Source of the DNA: Spirochaetia bacterium
Lineage (GTDB): Bacteria > Spirochaetota > Spirochaetia > CADAEX01
Assembly: GCA_963662795.1 (NCBI GenBank)
Contig: OY759746.1
Location: forward strand, 2,912,001 to 2,976,000
Direction: 5' to 3'
DNA length: 64,000 bases
Of this stretch, positions 60,395 through 64,000 are shown piece by piece (position 1 is the first letter of the stretch; each line of letters begins with the position of its first letter). The notes beneath the pieces are model-generated. The model did no database searches, was not told where the DNA came from, and saw nothing but the letters and a program-made list of their open reading frames with translations. Position numbers and translations under genes: made by a program.

Positions 60395-61642
60395 ATGAAC
60401 CGGACAGTCATTGTAACTGCACTCGGATCAGCGCAGATAATAGCCTACGGAACCACATACTATCTCCTTACTGTTCTTGCACCGCATATAACCCGGTCTA
60501 CCGGCTGGCCTTCGGGCTGGATATTCGGTTCATTTACAGCAGCTTTACTGGTATCCGGTCTTGTATCGCCGCGTGTCGGCAGAGTGATAGACCGCTTCGG
60601 CGGCCGTCCTGTCCTGGTGTCAAGCGCGGTTTTTCTTGCTGCTGGTCTTGCCATGCTCGGAATGTCCCCCTCTTTACCTGTTTTTATAGCCGGGTGGGTA
60701 ATTATCGGTATTGGAATGGGTACAGGGCTTTACGATCCTGCCTTTTCAACACTAGGCCGCCTTTACGGGGAAAATGCCCGCAGCGCTATTACATATGTAA
60801 CGCTTTTCGGCGGATTTGCGAGCACGATCTGCTGGCCTTTAAGCGCGTTTCTGGCCGGCTACGGCGGCTGGCGGTTCGCCTGCCTTACCTACGCGGCTGT
60901 CCACGCATTTATTGTTCTGCCTCTTTACCTCTTTCTGATTCCTTCAGAAGAAGAGCTTATTCCTTCATCTGCGGTCCCTTCACCTGGTTTGCCTGCCGGT
61001 AAAATCTGGAAAGAAGGCAAAACCGCTAAAACAGCTAAATCCGGGCAGCGGCCTTTTCTACCGGTAAAACCTGATGACAGGAAGGTTTTTTTCCTTCTTG
61101 CCGCGGGACAGACGCTTGCCTCTGTTGTAATAACAATTCTGGCGGTTCATATACTTGTGCTGCTTCAGGCGCGCGGCGTGAGCCTTGCTGTTGCCGTAGG
61201 ACTCGGCGCCCTGCTCGGCCCAAGCCAGGTCGGAGCGAGGATACTTGAGGCTCTCCTCGGCCGCCGGCTTCATCCTGTGTGGAGCCTTGTCGCGGCTACA
61301 GCTGCGGTTGCCGCCGGACTCGGTTTGATGACAATTGGGGCAGGGTTTGTAACGGCGGGAATTATAATCTATGGCGCCGGCAACGGTATCCGCTCAATAG
61401 CGCGGGGGACGGTGCCTCTTGCCATCTTCGGCAGGGAAGGCTATGCGAGTCTTATGGGGATGCTTTCAATGCCTGTTCTTATTATGCAGGCAGCATCACC
61501 TCTTATGGGGCTTGCGCTGATAAAATATACAGGAGCTGAGAATACAATGCTTATTCTGTGTATAATTTCTGTAATAAATATTTTGATTGCTGCCGCACTT
61601 ATACCTTATACGCGGCAGCAGGTTCCGGCAGCAGTAAAATAA
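60395..61642 (+). CDS. MFS transporter (ArsK/YbfB-like family)
   Basis: About 12 TM helices, motif A GRVIDRFGGR, LYDPAF, GGFASTICWP and GPSQVGAR. Confidence 0.88.
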   Translation: MNRTVIVTALGSAQIIAYGTTYYLLTVLAPHITRSTGWPSGWIFGSFTAALLVSGLVSPRVGRVIDRFGGRPVLVSSAVFLAAGLAMLGMSPSLPVFIAGWVIIGIGMGTGLYDPAFSTLGRLYGENARSAITYVTLFGGFASTICWPLSAFLAGYGGWRFACLTYAAVHAFIVLPLYLFLIPSEEELIPSSAVPSPGLPAGKIWKEGKTAKTAKSGQRPFLPVKPDDRKVFFLLAAGQTLASVVITILAVHILVLLQARGVSLAVAVGLGALLGPSQVGARILEALLGRRLHPVWSLVAATAAVAAGLGLMTIGAGFVTAGIIIYGAGNGIRSIARGTVPLAIFGREGYASLMGMLSMPVLIMQAASPLMGLALIKYTGAENTMLILCIISVINILIAAALIPYTRQQVPAAVK

Positions 61643-61700
61643 ATCCAATATCTTATTCAGGTAGAGTCAGGCTCTGTTAACCCCGGCTGAAGGATCAGCA

Positions 61701-62321
61701 TCAGCCGTGTCCGTGTCCTCCGCAGCAGCTGCCCTCTCCGTGTCCGCCGCACCCGCTGTCGTGTTTATGAGAACCGCCTCTTTCTTCTCCGCAGCAGCCG
61801 CCGCCATGAGAATTGCCTCCGTCCCCGCACCCGCATCCGCCATGGCTGTGGTCGCCGGCGTGGACATGTCCGTGGTCAAGCTCTTCAGGTGAGGGTTCCC
61901 GGATGCCGAGAATCTCGGCTTCAAATCGGATGTCCATTCCGGCATAGGGATGGTTCGCGTTGATTATTACTTTATCGCCTTCAATTTTATCAACACGGCA
62001 GAAGCGCACATCGCCTTTGATCTCTGCCTGAAATTCCAGCCCGACTTTAAGCTCTTCATCGCTTACAGCGAAATCTGTCCTGTTTATTCCGAATATCATG
62101 GCATCTTCATAAACACCGAATGCATCAGCAGCTTTCAGCATCTCATCAATTTTATCTCCGGTTTTTTTTCCTGCAAGAGCATTTTCCATTCCCGGGACAA
62201 GAAACCCCTGTCCATGTATATAGTCAAGATTGCCGCTGTAATCTGAGCTTTCGAGAACTTTCCCTTCCTGGCTGCTTGCTTTATAGGTAATTGTCACTAC
62301 CTTGTTGTTTTCAACTATCAT
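61701..62321 (-). CDS. slyD: FKBP-type peptidyl-prolyl isomerase with His/Cys-rich tail
   Basis: YIHGQG.LVPGME, NHPYAG, EELDHGHVH and a GCGC/GCCG/HGH tail. Confidence 0.93.
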   Translation of the reverse strand: MIVENNKVVTITYKASSQEGKVLESSDYSGNLDYIHGQGFLVPGMENALAGKKTGDKIDEMLKAADAFGVYEDAMIFGINRTDFAVSDEELKVGLEFQAEIKGDVRFCRVDKIEGDKVIINANHPYAGMDIRFEAEILGIREPSPEELDHGHVHAGDHSHGGCGCGDGGNSHGGGCCGEERGGSHKHDSGCGGHGEGSCCGGHGHG

Positions 62322-62476
62322 TTAAAATATCCGCCTCTTTAAAATTATATGCAGTTTTTAAAATACTGGTAAAAAACTGAGTTCAAAGATTAGTCCGGCC
62401 TTCAGATGGTGTCAAGTATAAAACTCCCGGGAGCCGCATCAGGTATATATTCTTTTGAATTATTGATCCTTTAAAA

Positions 62477-64000
62477 TCATCGTAAAGATTTTATAAGCGC
62501 CTTTACTATCCTGTTATCTGATTCAATGACAAAAACATTAAGATGGTCCATTGCCCTGGTAAGGGCTACATATATCAGGTTTACAGCCAGTGATTCCTCA
62601 GTTTCAGGCGAAAATCTGTTGTAGCGGACTATCTCGGGCAGGTATAACAGTATTACGGGGAAATCCAGCTCCTTTGATGAGTGCATGGTAGATATATTTA
62701 CAGATTCTCCCGATGTTCTTAAAAAATAAAAGCCTTCATAAGTGATTCTGGAAAGCGGTATTTCCTAAAACGTGACAGTTTATAGATTTTTTCAATGTAG
62801 CTGTTGCGGGGTACAAGTATGCATAATTGGAAGGGCCTGAAAGGAGTTTCTGAAAAGCCCGGCAGTACCGATTATATTTTTTGTATTCCTGAAATTTGTT
62901 TTAATTTTTTTACCGAACCCCTTATATCAATTCCGGCCCTGGAAAAAGGCTGCTGCGGCATGTAAAGGGTCTGGGAATAGTCGCCTGCCATAAATAAATG
63001 CCCCGATGAAAGTTTTTTAAGCGCAAGAAGGACAGAAGGGTTAATATCCTGGACCTCATTGATAAAAATATGTCTTATCTTTCCGGCAATGGTGCTTTCG
63101 GTGTTTTCCGAGAGAAAATTGTGAAGCTTTAATCTCACGTAATTGATGCTGTAGAGTTTTTCCTCTCCATATATAGGAGATATAACGCTCTCTTGCCTCC
63201 CAGCCTGTTTTTCTCCTTTCTTCCGTAAGGTGCCCCGCCAGGCCCTCTCTTTTTGCCTCGCCGCTTATCTAATTCTTCCGGTTTACCGCAAACCCGATCA
63301 GAAAATCATCGATTTCCGACTGCAGGTGAGATTCATCAAGGACATCCGGAAGCGCCTCTTCTGAGGCGAATGCCATGAAAATATTAAAGTCATACGCTAT
63401 TGTACTGTCAATCTCAAGGATCATCTCGTTTATCAGGTTGTCTGCAGTGCTGAATACCGAAACAGGCACATTCATTTTCATTAGTTTCGCTATATAGCGG
63501 GAATACCTGACAAGCGTTCTTGTGAAAGTAATCAGTACTGTTTTTTTATCCTCGAAAAAATCAAGCTGTCTCTGCTCAAGAAATCTTCTCATCGCTTCTA
63601 TCAGTACAATTGATTTGCCTGTTTCGCCTATAAAATCCTTTTCGTAGCTGAATGTGAAAACGGCTTCCTTCTGTTCGGGGAAAAGTTCGGAAATTGATCT
63701 TTCATAATCCATTCTTGATCGTGTATAAACTGTAAGCCTTCCAAGGTTTTTAAGCGAGATAAAGATTTCAAGCTCGTGAATTTTTTCTTTTAATTCCCTG
63801 TAGCTCTCAAGCTTCCCTGAAAGTTCGGTGTTTTTTTCTGAAGTTTGATAAGTTGTTCATTCAGCCCTTTTATGATGCCGGCCTGCTCGATAAATGTAGT
63901 CCTGTCATTTCCGGCTTCAAGATCGCGGATGAACCTGCTGAGACAGCTCTCCTCAATTCCGGCAAGAGAGAAGAAACGGATAAGAAGGTGAGTCGCTGAG
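62477..64000 (-). pseudogene. Fragmented UvrD-like SF1 helicase (5' part beyond window)
   Basis: Motifs in separate frames: GETGKS, LITFTRTL, FINEVQD, AGDYSQ, MHSSKELDFP and LIYVALTRA. Confidence 0.85.

Noticed and set aside
61700-61880. GC-rich repetitive stretch
   Set aside because: Explained by the Gly/His/Cys tail of SlyD; not a CRISPR array or mobile repeat.

Overview
Bacterial chromosomal DNA, almost certainly from a free-living spirochete (it carries DUF5312, UPF0164 and Treponema TP0854/0855-like genes and a spirochete-type TrpR). The main finding is a coenzyme A cluster at 2.5-8.3 kb. It uses the archaeal route to 4'-phosphopantothenate: pantoate kinase, phosphopantothenate synthetase and an archaeal-looking CoaBC, together with panE and panB and flanked by the folate/C1 genes folE and folD. 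A full trp operon (trpE-trpGD-trpCF-trpB-trpA), a stand-alone trpB2 and a trpR are present. The trpE and trpB2 promoters share an 18-bp palindrome, GTTWCTA-N4-TAGAAAC, a candidate non-canonical TrpR operator. Other content: a perR-peroxiredoxin pair with a perfect 21-bp operator palindrome, fhs, a GGDEF protein, a putative trans-envelope locus (UPF0164 barrel, TPR protein, BNR-HAMP-PP2C protein, zinc ribbon), a decaying ynj-like cluster, an RpiR-ABC cassette, several transporters and six pseudogene remnants. I saw no rRNA, tRNA, CRISPR array or intact mobile element. All calls come from motif recognition; no searches were run.
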